Positions 1 through 11,504 of a stretch of 64,000 bases of DNA are shown here, in pieces. Position 1 is the stretch's first letter; each line of letters begins with the position of its first letter. The position numbers were made by a program, and so were the translations under genes. The notes beneath the pieces were generated by a model. It searched no databases. It saw nothing but the letters and a program-made list of their open reading frames with translations, and had not been told where the DNA came from. The DNA comes from Neoechinorhynchus agilis. Lineage: Eukaryota; Animalia; Acanthocephala. The stretch lies in assembly GCA_051530055.1 (NCBI GenBank), contig CM121342.1:4835489-4899488 (forward strand). Direction: 5' to 3'.

Positions 1-452
1 AGGAGGAATATCAGGATTTCGCCAGATTCAGCGAGGAGGAATATCAGGATTTCGCCAAAGATTCAGGACGAGGAGGAATATCAGAATGGATGGTACAATA
101 GAGCAGACGGCGACAATATTGATGGAATCGAGATTTTGACTGAGGAGGAATATCAGGATTTCGCCAGATTCAGGACGAGGAGGAATATCAGGATGGATGG
201 TACAATAGAGCAGACGGCGACAATGTTGATGGAATCGAGATTTTGACTGAGGAGGAATATCAGGACGGTAGATTCCGACCGAAGAGGAATATCAGGATTT
301 CGCCAGAGATTCAGGACGAGGAGGAATATCAGGATGGATGGCACAATAGAGCAGACGGCGACAATATTGATGGAATCGAGATTTTGACTGAGGAGGAAAT
401 CAGGACGGCACCTCAGATTCCGACCGAGGAGGAATATTGGGAGTTGAGGTGA
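1..452 (+). repeat. Degenerate tandem minisatellite built on GAGGAGGAATATCAGGA units; reads as acidic EEEYQD repeats with frame breaks
   Basis: About 9 gaggaggaatatcagga cores and three copies of the gacggcgacaatattgatggaatcgagattttgac block. The array is truncated by the window start. Confidence 0.8.
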
Positions 453-1084
453 TCACGAGGACCCAGAGGTACGTGGCTCTTCTTCTTTAACAAAATAAAA
501 AAATAAAACGTGTTAATTATAAATCTCGGCGATTCTAAAACTGCCTAGCAGATGATCGAATACTTATACCATTATTGCTAACCTCAATCTCTTTGATCGT
601 TGATCTTTTTTGACTTTGTGACTAAACTGACAATGTTGAAATTTTTATTTTACGTAATTCAGAGATCTTCGCCATTTGCGAGTTGTAGGAAATCGACGTT
701 TTAATCGCACGAAATGATTTTATGAATTCATCATTCTGTTCTAGAGAAAGTAATGATAGGATACTACTGATTAGAGCGAAACAAGTCGATTATTTTTTGA
801 TCGTTATCGATTCTTAGGAAGATGCATGGTAGTGAAAATATGGCAAAACTCCACCGCAATCATTTTAAAGGAAAGCTGCATGAAAATTTCTGAGAAAGCG
901 CGAAGAGTCAACTCTTCTTTATTATTAAAAGGTTTAAATACCGTTCAAGTCCTCTGGTATACTTTCGAAACAACCCAATAACTTTATAACAAAAGTAAGC
1001 GTAGTTAGCCAATCGAACGTTTATTGCAAAGAATATAGATTGCAGCGAAGAACCGCATGAATTTTGTGTTGTACTTTTTGAAGT

Positions 1085-1971
1085 TCATTTCCATATCGAA
1101 CTGAGGAGGCCTGTTATAACACCTCCGCTTCCACCACTACTCAAAGGACCGGCAGGTTGATCTTCCTTTGGACATTCGATTTTCGTCGATGGTAAAGCTG
1201 ATTCCAAAAGTGCATCCGTTTGTTGAATAAGCTGAGCCGCGGCAATATACAGGTCGTCTCTGTCAAAAGTTGAGAAATACGATTTTAGTGAGCCTGAGAA
1301 ATTGCGGGAACTGGAGACGAATGCTTTTTTTTGAGCGTCAAGCCTTATTCTAGTTAAGTAAGCTGCATTTTTCGACGGAACACTGGATGCTTCATGAGGC
1401 AGAAGGATCAGCAATGAGTTGACGGCATCAATATTGGCTTTGATTGCAGCAGCAATTTGCTTGATCGTTTCTAAAAAGATTTGTCTATCGGAAATCTTGT
1501 CGGGAATCTGACTGAGGATATATTTAAGACGATCCGCACGAGCCACCAGATCACATCCACTAGGAGTAGCAGCCATACCATCGGAATTCGATGACACAAG
1601 GAATTCTGCGGACAATAGGCGACCGTATTTTAACGAATCGATCTTCTCAGAGGTAAGCGGTGAGATGATTCGTCAATTTATGTCGTTTTTTCGCCCGTAT
1701 CAGCCAACGAATCGAGCAGACTAATTGTAAATTCAGTAGCGAACGATGGCCAAACGTCGATCAGTTGTATTAGAGCCTGCCGAAGCGCTATTTTGTCGGT
1801 TTCGGACGATTCAGTCTCATCGATGGCCGATAGGATCGAATGGAATGGCTGTGTGAAGCATTCACAAGCTGGTCGTTGTCGTACCGATTGAATAGATGCG
1901 TTGTCGCTTTTGTTCGGACATTGAGCAATGCGTTGAGGTTGTGGCTGTACAGACGGAGCACTCCCGTGCAT
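1085..1971 (-). CDS. PDCD10: Programmed cell death 10 / CCM3 homolog, two segments separated by a 53-nt hairpin insert (1626-1678)
   Basis: RLKYILSQIPDKISDRQIFLETIKQIAAAIK and QKKAFVSSSRNFSGSLKSYF match CCM3 motifs. The N-terminal helices lie in ORF 1678..2115. The start ATG at 1971 is inferred. Confidence 0.85.
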
Positions 1972-2245
1972 AAGCGACCGGACAAAATCGAAGGGATTTA
2001 TTTCTAAAATTACATGAGATACAAAAGTTGATGTCGTTGAAAGCAAATTGCGGGATGCTGGAACAATGACAAAAAACGCGAATCTACGATGCTCTTGGCG
2101 CAACAAGTAATTCACAGGATTCTAGGACGTTATTGGGATGTTTAAATCAATCACGGAAGCTCTTTGGTCATTAGCAAGCGAATGTAAATATCTAAATTGT
2201 TGATGGCACTCTTGAACGTGATTTATGTGTGGCTAAAACTATGGA

Positions 2246-2678
2246 TTAATCGTCCTTTTCAATAATAGTCTTGTACTCTCGTCTAAAAGCGTGATCAACA
2301 ATCGAATAAATACATGCAGATCCAATAGAAGCCAAAATGGCAATTCTAATTCGCATAATGTCTTTCATTCGTCTGATCACAGGTTTTCTTTTGTCTAAGT
2401 TGATGAATGATTTCGAGGTGAAGAACTAACTTACGGTATCCTTACAGGAATTTCTTTGTGGCTTTTGTAAATAGCGCAAAATACAAGTAAATGCCTTTCC
2501 AAGCGGCTGACACGGTCCGATATTTTTGGCGTTACCATCAAGAATTCCACGAGTAACTCAGAGCTTACCAACTCTGAATATTGTTCCAAGACTTCTTATG
2601 ACATTGCGTACGTTTGAACCGTTTTTGTCGCTCAGATTTCTCAGTCATTTTGTTGATAGAAGGCTCGAGGCTATACAT
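2246..2678 (-). CDS. FAM162-like small membrane protein, three exons joined by two GT-AG introns
   Basis: Manual splicing (GTAAGC..GTCAG; GTAAGT..CAAAAG) gives ...LERHLLVFCAIYKSHKEIPVRIPKPVIRRMKDIMRIRIAILASIGSACIYSIV..., which resembles the FAM162 KILLWSGRFKKEDEIPE..KMRVK pattern. Confidence 0.5.
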
Positions 2679-2697
2679 AATGGAATCTTCCCTAAAT

Positions 2698-2815
2698 CAA
2701 GGATTTACGTGGTTTCTATGCAGCTATTAATTATATTTAGTGAGCTAACCTTTCCGACGTTCGGCTCCTCTTTAAAATATGTCCAAAAGCTGCATAGAAA
2801 CAATGTAAATCCTTG
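2698..2815. mobile_element. Short foldback element with 28-bp inverted arms
   Basis: caaggatttacgtggtttctatgcagct (2698-2725) matches the reverse complement of 2788-2815 at 26/28 positions. Confidence 0.75.
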
Positions 2816-2894
2816 CTCTGCGAAATCGAAATTTCGCACTTGGTAATGTCGATAAGCGAGAGGGGGAATGTGATTGCAGAATTATTATGGTTAG

Positions 2895-3409
2895 AAGTCT
2901 TCACATCCGCGGTAAATGACTTCTCTTTCGATTAAAAAGACATTCTGAAGCCAGTTTTATACTCTATCGGTGCGTACTCGACCCGATTCTCGTATGATCG
3001 GTACACAGTTCTAAAATTGAGAGATTGTAGCGGTCTAAAATTATGGAGATTAGCGTCTTGGCACTGCTTTTATCCACGGACCGTCTGGCCAGACTTCAAA
3101 AATAAATCCACTTGTTTGCTAGCCGATTCCCCTAAAGATTCAACAGCACTCACTTCCTTCGCCGGACCAACAGCGATGGCCCTCAATTCGTAGAAAAGAA
3201 AGATGGCGAGAAGAAGACAGATGAGAAGCTTCATTCGGATTGAAAGTGAAGCTCGAATCGGGTAGAGGTCTGTATTGGTTAGGATCTGGAGATCGTTCAT
3301 CCCTTCAGTGTCCATTACTAACAAACTGATTCGATGAACCGCCGGTGAGGTTCGCAGAACGTCTTTTTAATCAAAAAGGAATCATTTACCGCGGATGTGA
3401 AGACTTTGG
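2895..3409. mobile_element. About 515-bp non-autonomous TIR element with ~52-bp terminal inverted repeats, flanked by TAG direct repeats
   Basis: AAGTCTTCACATCCGCGGTAAATGA...GATTAAAAAGAC(A/G)TTCTG is present at both ends in inverted orientation. TAG occurs at 2892-2894 and 3410-3412. Confidence 0.8.
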
Positions 3410-3808
3410 TAGTTTGCACGATTCACGAATGGAGATTTCTTCAAATTGTTGTACGCAAACTAATGATGAACCGAGCCGGTAAGTGAAGATCGCAATCGAT
3501 GTCTTAAGTGTTGACGCGCAATTGAGATTAAAAAACACACTCTAGAGACGGAAATGATAGGGAGAATCGATATTCACGATCCATCAACGGCATTTAGTAT
3601 CCCGAGAATATCTCGAATTGAAAAATGTGTAAACGTACACATTGTCCGCACCCCTAAGAATACTCGATAAAGTTCAATAAACGTTACGGTCGTAGCTATA
3701 ATAATCTTCAGGGATATATACTTATCGGACAACACCGTTGAGATAAACCACGGGCTTCTCTGTTCTTTTTTTGCAAAATTATTTAAATGTAAAGAAATTA
3801 TTCATTAT

Positions 3809-3976
3809 AGTTTCAATCAGCGATGTTTGATTAAGAAAATAGATTTATCTTGAAAATTTTCGACCTTTTCGTTGGCCTTCTTCAGTTTGAAAAAAACTTG
3901 CAAACAATTCACTGAAGAAGGCCGAAAATTTTCAAGATAAATCCATTTTCTTAATCAAACATCGCTAATTGAAACT
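3809..3976. mobile_element. Foldback MITE-like element
   Basis: The arm agtttcaatcagcgatgtttgattaagaaaatagatttatcttgaaaattttcg is mirrored at the right end. The core ttttcggccttc/gaaggccgaaaa recurs at 43588-43672. Confidence 0.75.
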
Positions 3977-3993
3977 GAAAATAATTTAAGTGC

Positions 3994-4107
3994 TTATGGG
4001 GGTGAAAAATTGAAGGAATTTTATTAAATCTGATAAGCGTACAAGATTGTGCCTTGTAGAAAAACAATAGGATTTAACCAAAATTCCTTCAATTTTTCAG
4101 CGCCATA
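3994..4107. mobile_element. Foldback MITE-like element with ~35-bp arms
   Basis: ttatgg..tgaaaaattgaaggaatttt pairs with aaaattccttcaatttttca..ccataa. Confidence 0.75.
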
Positions 4108-4555
4108 AAAACAAGCATTAGAATAATTCAATCTTTTTTTGAAGTCTGGCCAGCCGGTAACTTCTATTCAGTATCTTTGTGAAGCCTCACGGCAGATAGT
4201 TTTAATTGGGCACACAGCCCACCGATCTTGTTTCTTGAACGGTTACCTGAACCAAACCACACAAAGATAATAATAAATTCTATCCAATCGTTCCTTCGGG
4301 TAGAATGGCGAATTGTAACACACTCGAGCAATATTATTGAACTGTCTACTGCGAATTTTCCGGGCCTCAGCCCTTGAGATCGCAATGAAAAGTTCAATAA
4401 TTTACAATTCGCCATTGAGAACAATAAATGTTGAACCGAGAATTTAAGAAGTAGCTCTTGTTGTATTTGTCAATAAATTATTCGTTTCCTATAAATGGAT
4501 AAAAATTACCGTTGCACTTCTCGTTTATACACAACTAGTGACTTTCTGTATTTGA

Positions 4556-7500
4556 TTAACGCATTGTGGCCGATTCAAGCTCGAACCGTGACCAAGCTTC
4601 AGATAATTCCATAAACACAAGACGAGCCCACCGCTGCAGCTCAGGGTCATCGGTGATTTTATCCGGATGCACAACAAGTACTGCTTTTCTATACGCCTTT
4701 TTTATCTTCTCTTCAGAATTAAGGAGAGTTGCATTAAGAGGTTGCCATTTGTCCTTTGCCTCATCCCAGAGGACAGTATGAAGAGTTGACAAAAGTGCAC
4801 GAATGTTCAGTCGTCGTCCATTCGCCCAATGATTAATTTTGGTCTTCACTGGATCATCCTGGTCTCGTTTCTGATGTGATAATTGTAATTGAAGCATCGA
4901 TGGACGATCTGAAGGTGCTTGTCGGTTTAAACCGTATTGTTTTAAAAGTGAAGAGAATGGATCATCGTAGTGGATATTTGAGGGCGTTGGATGCATAGTC
5001 GATGTTTTCCTTTCAGAATCATCCTGCGTTTTGCTTTCTCGATTCATTTCACCCTCAATATTCAACTTATTAAATTCACCGATGAGAACAGTAGGTTCGA
5101 TGACACTTGAAATAGGCGAATCCACGCCCATTAAATCTTTTGCATCTGAACTAATTGAAGATCGTGTTGGCGGAGTGCTGGAAGCGTCAAAGTCAATTAG
5201 AACAGCTTCATCACTTTTCCTGGATTGTCCGAGCGTTTGTGCCGAGTTCACGTTTCTTTGGTCCGAGATTTCAAAAAATAAGGCTGTTTCTTCATTAATC
5301 GCTTTTACCGTATCAAGAACGTCTCGCATTTCCTTTTCCGATTTAAAAATGGGTGGATGTGTTCCACAAACCTTCGAGCATTCGCCAACATCAACTAACT
5401 CACGATCGCCCATTTCCGGCTTGAACATATAGGCTATATGAATAGCGAATGGACTGCAATTCACGCACTCTTCCGATTTTGAGTAGTCAAGTTCATCGTG
5501 GAGAAACACAAGATCTGATTCTTGAAGACAGCACGAGCCGGTGTTGAAGTTCAATTCGGCCACCTTTTCCGTGTGTTCATGCGTGCTATTTGAATCATAG
5601 AGTAGTATTTCGATGGCGACGTCGCCACACAACGAAACATTGACTTGAAATGAAGTACGAGGCGATCCATTAAGAATACGGTCCGAAGTCCATTCCAAAA
5701 GATCGTTGCATGAAACCTCAATCACTGCGTAGTCGGAATCGCAGTGGAAGTCAAGTAGTGAGATGCTTTTGATGAGCATTTGATTAGCATGAGTACGTTT
5801 TTCTCGGTCGAGGAAATAAGAGACGTATCGCTGGACGGATGGACTTGATAGTGGGTACCATGGTGGAAGTCGACTCTTTAGGAAGCGCAGAAATGAATTA
5901 CGGTCAATGCCGAGATAATATGATGAAAAGAGCGCACCTAAGAACTGGCAATCCAATCGAAGCGATTTGTGGTCTTCGTCTTTTCTCATATAGTTCAGCG
6001 AAATGGGCGTTTTCACAGACAAAATTGCTCAGTTACACAAAAAATGAACGGAAAACATTTCAAAGTCCACTAGAGTTACAACATTCATTTTGAACAAATA
6101 CTTTTTTATACAAAAAATTATACAAGTCGTGTTGCTCGGCTTTGGACCGGGCAAAGACTTTTGGTCCAACAAAAGAGCGAGATGAATCGACATTTCTTAG
6201 TAGACAAACTAAAGTGCGAATAATGATGAAATTAAGTAGAAACTTTGTAGAGATCATCTCAAAAAACGTCTAACCCGACGGGACGGGGCAAAGACTTTTG
6301 GTCCAACAAAAGAGCGAGATGAATCGGCATTTCTTAGTAGACAAACTAAAGTGCGAATAATGATGAAATTAAGTAGAAACTTTGTAGAGATCATCTCAAA
6401 AAACGTCTAACCCGACGGGACGGGGCAAAGACTTTTGGTCCAACAAAAGAGCGAGATGAATCGGCCTTTCTTAGTAGACAAACTAAAGTGCGAATAATGA
6501 TGAAATTAAGTAGAAACTTTGTAGAGATCATCTCAAAAAACGTCTAACCCGACGGGACGGGGCAAAGACTTTTGGTCCAACAAAAGAGCGAGATGAATCG
6601 GCCTTTCTTAGTAGACAAACTAAAGTGCGAATAATGATGAAATTAAGTAGAAACTTTGTAGAGATCATCTCAAAAAACGTCTAACCCGACGGGACGGGGC
6701 AAAGACTTTTGGTCCAACAAAAGAGCGAGATGAATCGGCCTTTCTTAGTAGACAAACTAAAGTGCGAATATTGATGAAATTAAGTAGAAACTTTGTAGAG
6801 ATCATCTCAAAAAACGTCTAACCCGACGGGACGGGGCAAAGACTTTTGGTCCAACAAAAGAGCGAGATGAATCGGCCTTTCTTAGTAGACAAACTAAAGT
6901 GCGAATATTGATGAAATTAAGTAGAAACTTTGTAGAGATCATCTCAAAAAACGTCTAACCCGACGGGACGGGGCAAAGACTTTTGGTCCAACAAAAGAGC
7001 GAGATGAATCGGCCTTTCTTAGTAGACGAACTAAAGTGCGAATATTGATGAAATTAAGTAGAAACTTTGTAGAGATCATCTCAAAAAACGTCTAACCCGA
7101 CGGGACGGGGCAAAGACTTTTGGTCCAACAAAAGAGCGAGATGAATCGGCCTTTCTTAGTAGACAAACTAAAGTGCGAATAATATGAAATTAAGTAGAAA
7201 CTTTGTAGAGATCATCTCAAAAAACGTCTAACCCGACGGGACGGGGCAAAGACTTTTGGTCCAACAAAAGAGCGAGATGAATCGGCCTTTCTTAGTAGAC
7301 AAACTAAAGTGCGAATAATGATGAAATTAAGTAGAAACTTTGTAGAGATCATCTCAAAAAACGTCTAACCCGACGGGACGGGGCAAAGACTTTTGGTCCA
7401 ACAAAAGAGCGAGATGAATCGGCCTTTCTTAGTAGACGAACTAAAGTGCGAATATTGATGAAATTAAGTAGAAACTTTGTAGAGATCATCTCAAAAAACG

Positions 7501-9767
7501 TCTAACCCGACGGGACGGGGCAAAGACTTTTGGTCCAACAAAAGAGCGAGATGAATCGGCCTTTCTTAGTAGACAAACTAAAGTGCGAATAATGATGAAA
7601 TTAAGTAGAAACTTTGTAGAGATCATCTCAAAAAACGTCTAACCCGACGGGACGGGGCAAAGACTTTTGGTCCAACAAAAGAGCGAGATGAATCGGCCTT
7701 TCTTAGTAGACGAACTAAAGTGCGAATAATGATGAAATTAAGTAGAAACTTTGTAAGATCATCTCAAAAAACGTCTAACCCGACGGGACGGGGCAAAGAC
7801 TTTTGGTCCAACAAAAGAGCGAGATGAATCGGCCTTTCTTAGTAGACAAACTAAAGTGCGAATATTGATGAAATTAAGTAGAAACTTTGTAGAGATCATC
7901 TCAAAAAACGTCTAACCCGACGGGACGGGGCAAAGACTTTTGGTCCAACAAAAGAGCGAGATGAATCGGCCTTTCTTAGTAGACGAACTAAAGTGCGAAT
8001 ATTGATGAAATTAAGTAGAAACTTTGTAGAGCTCATCTCAAAGTTTACATTTCAAATAAAAAATCTTATCATTAACCTAAAGTCTAGAAGATCACATATC
8101 GAAAACAATAGCAACCTTCAAATATAAAGCAAATCTTTAAGGGCACATGGCTAATCAGCGTACCCAATTCATAAGTTGAATGGCTAAAATTGAGATTAAA
8201 ATGCTATCTAACTGAATGTGTTTAAGATAATGGTCTCAAGAGAACATTTAAGACACCGCCCTCTAACTAATTGAACTGCCAGTTAATCTACGGCGACCAC
8301 TCCGACCTTAAATGATGCCGAGTGAATAATGGCAGGGTACTGTGAAGGGTTTTGTGTTAGAAAATTTCGAATTTCCCCACACATTCGATTCAGTCGTTGA
8401 ATGTTTAAACTACTACCAGCTTTAAACAATCCCACTTCGTTTGTAGTTGGGCATATAAGTAAGTGAACACGACCACTAACCTTGTAGGTGGATCGACTAT
8501 CAATTTTTGGAGTTTGTTGCCACATTTTTGACACAATCTTGGTAGCGGACGATATCCAGGATGTGGTGGGTTGACTTGACTGCGATTGTGGATAAGTAGG
8601 AGAATTAGCAGCAGCAGCGGCGGCGGCAGTAGTAGTTAACTTATCCAATTTGAGAAAACAGTCGAGATTTGCATTGAAACCCTGCAAACGTGAAATTATA
8701 TCAACCAAGAGTTGATTTGCCGTAGGTCGTTGGGCAGGATCGGTGACCAAAAGTCGTGCAATTACGGCAAATATTCTTGCTTTTTGTCCTGAACATTTTG
8801 GAAGTTTGTAGTGGCCGTTAATGATTTTAAGCTTAGCGTCTGCATCTTCGAACGGATGTTTTCCAACCGCTAATCGATATAGTAGACACCCGAGAGCCCA
8901 TATATCCATGGGTGGGCCAATCAGGTAACCTGAGTACGTATCCAAAACTTCTGGTGGTCTATATTGTGGAGTAGTGCATTGTGTCAGCTCATCTTCGACC
9001 ATAGATCGGTACAGATGAGTCCACTCGACACTTGGAACGAGTGCCACATCATCAGTACAGCTTCCAAAGTCACAAAGAACGACGAAACATCGTTTGTCCG
9101 ATGGACCTGGACGATAGGTGATAAGAAAGTTTTCGAGTTTAAGATCCCGATGGGTGATTGGTGGCGATATTTCATGATGTAGATGGTTGACTGCTTTGAC
9201 CATGTGAGTGAATATTGCAACATGGTCGCTCGGTTCGGTTTTGGTGTGATTGAGTGCATCACCTAGGCGACCACCATCGCAGAGTTCACTGATAAGCCAG
9301 TACTCATCTTTATTTGGAACTTGGGAACCATGAATGAATTGAACAATATGAGGGCAATCAGAAGACGCTTTTTTCCAGAACTTTATTTCACGTTCAACCA
9401 TGTTGATCCTGTCTTTCTCTCGAGCAACATGGACCTGTTTCAAAGCGACTGATCTTGTACTACGTTGAGAAGTGTTCAATGAACACGAATAAACTTTAAA
9501 GCAACTATCCCGTGTGTGGATTTGCAAAACCTGCCGTCCCCTCCTTTAGGATACGTTGCTATCAACACCAAAAGCACCGTCCCCGATAACATTACCGATA
9601 ACGATCTTATACTTTTCGATTGAGTGTTGAGATCCCGGCTGCAAACGTTCATTGTCACGTGTGCTGGTTGAAGCATCGCTTCCACATCGTTTTCTCGATA
9701 GTTCATGACTAATAGCATCGGCTTGTTGGATTATACTGTTAAAAGTAGACTTAAAGAACTCGACCAT
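4556..9767 (-). CDS. GAK: Cyclin G-associated kinase / auxilin (NAK kinase, PTEN-like, C2 and J domains) in three segments
   Basis: Kinase motifs HRDLKLENFL, LCDFGS and TTPQYRPPE. The C-terminal J domain has IKKAYRKAVLVVHPDK, preceded by NIRALLSTLHTVLW. Interruptions lie at 9495-9563 and ~6029-8291. Confidence 0.9.
6149..8040. repeat. 137-bp tandem satellite, about 14 near-identical copies, inside the large GAK intron
   Basis: The gcaaagacttttggtccaac unit recurs at 6151, 6288 and onward to 7930. Confidence 0.97.
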
Positions 9768-9866
9768 CTAGAAATAGAAGAAAGTAGCGGCGGCGGAGAA
9801 CGGGGAAAAGTGTCTATGAGATGACGGAAAAGAGTGGAACAAAAATCGATACGTCTTTCACAAGTC

Positions 9867-10613
9867 TTATTTCTTATAAAATGGCGTAAAAGGCGTATCA
9901 GTAACGTGCTTATCCTCATTTTCAGGGTCTGGATCGGGCGCATCGATCGATTGTGCGTTTGTCTTTATTTGCAACATTGTATCTCGTAAATTAGCTTTCA
10001 TCGGATCAAAAAGATCCGGCTGATAGTGGTACCGGGAAGGTTTGTATCGATGTGGCATCAGTCCACATGATTTGGACAATGCGATTGCGTTCTCGAGTTG
10101 CTCTTGTTTATAAATGCAAAGACCAGTGATGCTCTGAGAATAAACGAGACCGGTTTGTGGACTCACGAATTGAGACAGCAACGATACATTCTTATAGTCC
10201 AAAGGTATCCGGAATTTACAAAGGATACATTTATGGTGCCGAGAAGCGTAAGGATCGATCAAATCACCATGAGGAATATCCGAACTACGTTTTGAACGTA
10301 ATCGCAAACTTTTTTGAGGTAATAGCCACTTTGTAACGTCCCGCTCACGTCTCAAGCGATATCGACTCGTTAACAATCGTTCGTCATGTCTCTTATGGGA
10401 ATCAATCGTAAATGCAATCGATTCGTTGAATTCGTGATCCGGACGAATCTCATGAGGACCACGCCGAACCCATTTTCCGGCCGCGAAACGAACAATCACA
10501 TGTCGAACACTCATCGAATAATCGTTCCATAAAAACCGAAACATCTCTCCAGTCTCACGATTGGCACAAAAGCACAGTTTTGACAATTCTTTCATAAAAA
10601 CGAAGTGTCGCAA
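9867..10613 (-). CDS. MRPS18C: Mitochondrial ribosomal protein S18 (S18C-type); the true start is probably internal to the ORF
   Basis: CILCKFRIPLDYKNVSLLSQFVSPQTGLVY..ITGLC matches the S18C CILC..DYKNVQLLSQFVSP.TG pattern. Confidence 0.85.
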   Translation of the reverse strand: MRHFVFMKELSKLCFCANRETGEMFRFLWNDYSMSVRHVIVRFAAGKWVRRGPHEIRPDHEFNESIAFTIDSHKRHDERLLTSRYRLRRERDVTKWLLPQKSLRLRSKRSSDIPHGDLIDPYASRHHKCILCKFRIPLDYKNVSLLSQFVSPQTGLVYSQSITGLCIYKQEQLENAIALSKSCGLMPHRYKPSRYHYQPDLFDPMKANLRDTMLQIKTNAQSIDAPDPDPENEDKHVTDTPFTPFYKK

Positions 10614-10660
10614 CCGTCTCTTGGGTTCATGGCCCTACAGTCCTCGAAATTCATTACGTC

Positions 10661-11400
10661 CTAAACTCCTAATCACCAAAAAACTCAGCGATCGGAGAAG
10701 ATTTCTCGTTCATCCTTCGACCATAGTCACAAAATGCAATAATCTGAATTTATTATTTAGAATTTCTTCGTCCCGTAAAGAACGTTTTATTAAAGACGTT
10801 TCACACTCCTTCAGATTAATCACCAGTTTTCGAGTGTGATTTAGAATTTCTTCGTCCGGTAAAGAACGTTTTATTAACGACGTTTGAAATCTCGCCTGGC
10901 CATTCAGTCCTAAATTCAGCACGTCAACCCTACGAAATCTCATCTAAACTCCTAATCACCAAAAAACTAAGCGATCTGAGAAGATTTCTCGTTCATCCTT
11001 CGACCATAGTCACAAAATGCAATAATCTGAATTTATTATTTAGAATTTCTTCGTCCCGTAAAGAACGTTTTATTAAAGACGTTTCACACTCCTTCAGATT
11101 AATCATCAGTTTTCGAGTGTGATTTAGAAGTCTTCGTCCGGTAAAGAAGGTTTATTAACGACGTTTCAAATCTCGCCTGGCCATTCAGTCCTAAATTCAG
11201 CACGTCAACCCTACGAAATCTCATCTAAACTCCTAATCACCAAAAAACTAAGCGATCTGAGAAGATTTCTCGTTCACCATTCGACCATAGTCACAAAATA
11301 CAATAATCTGAATTTATTATTTAGAATTTCTTCGTCCCGTAAAGAACGTTTTATTAACTGGCCATTCAGTCCGGAATTCATTACGCCCCCTTCGAAATCT
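10661..11400. repeat. ~282-bp tandem repeat, about 2.6 copies
   Basis: ctaaactcctaatcaccaaaaaact occurs at 10661, 10944 and 11225. Confidence 0.9.
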
Positions 11401-11504
11401 CATCTTAAACTTTAAGGAAACTATCAATCACCAAAAAAATGAGCGATCTGAGAGGTATCATAAACCATTTATTCCGCTTTAGCAATTCCGACTCATTAAA
11501 GCTC

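Noticed and set aside
6149-8040. CRISPR array
   Set aside because: The units are contiguous near-identical 137-mers without unique spacers, the context is eukaryotic, and there are no cas genes.
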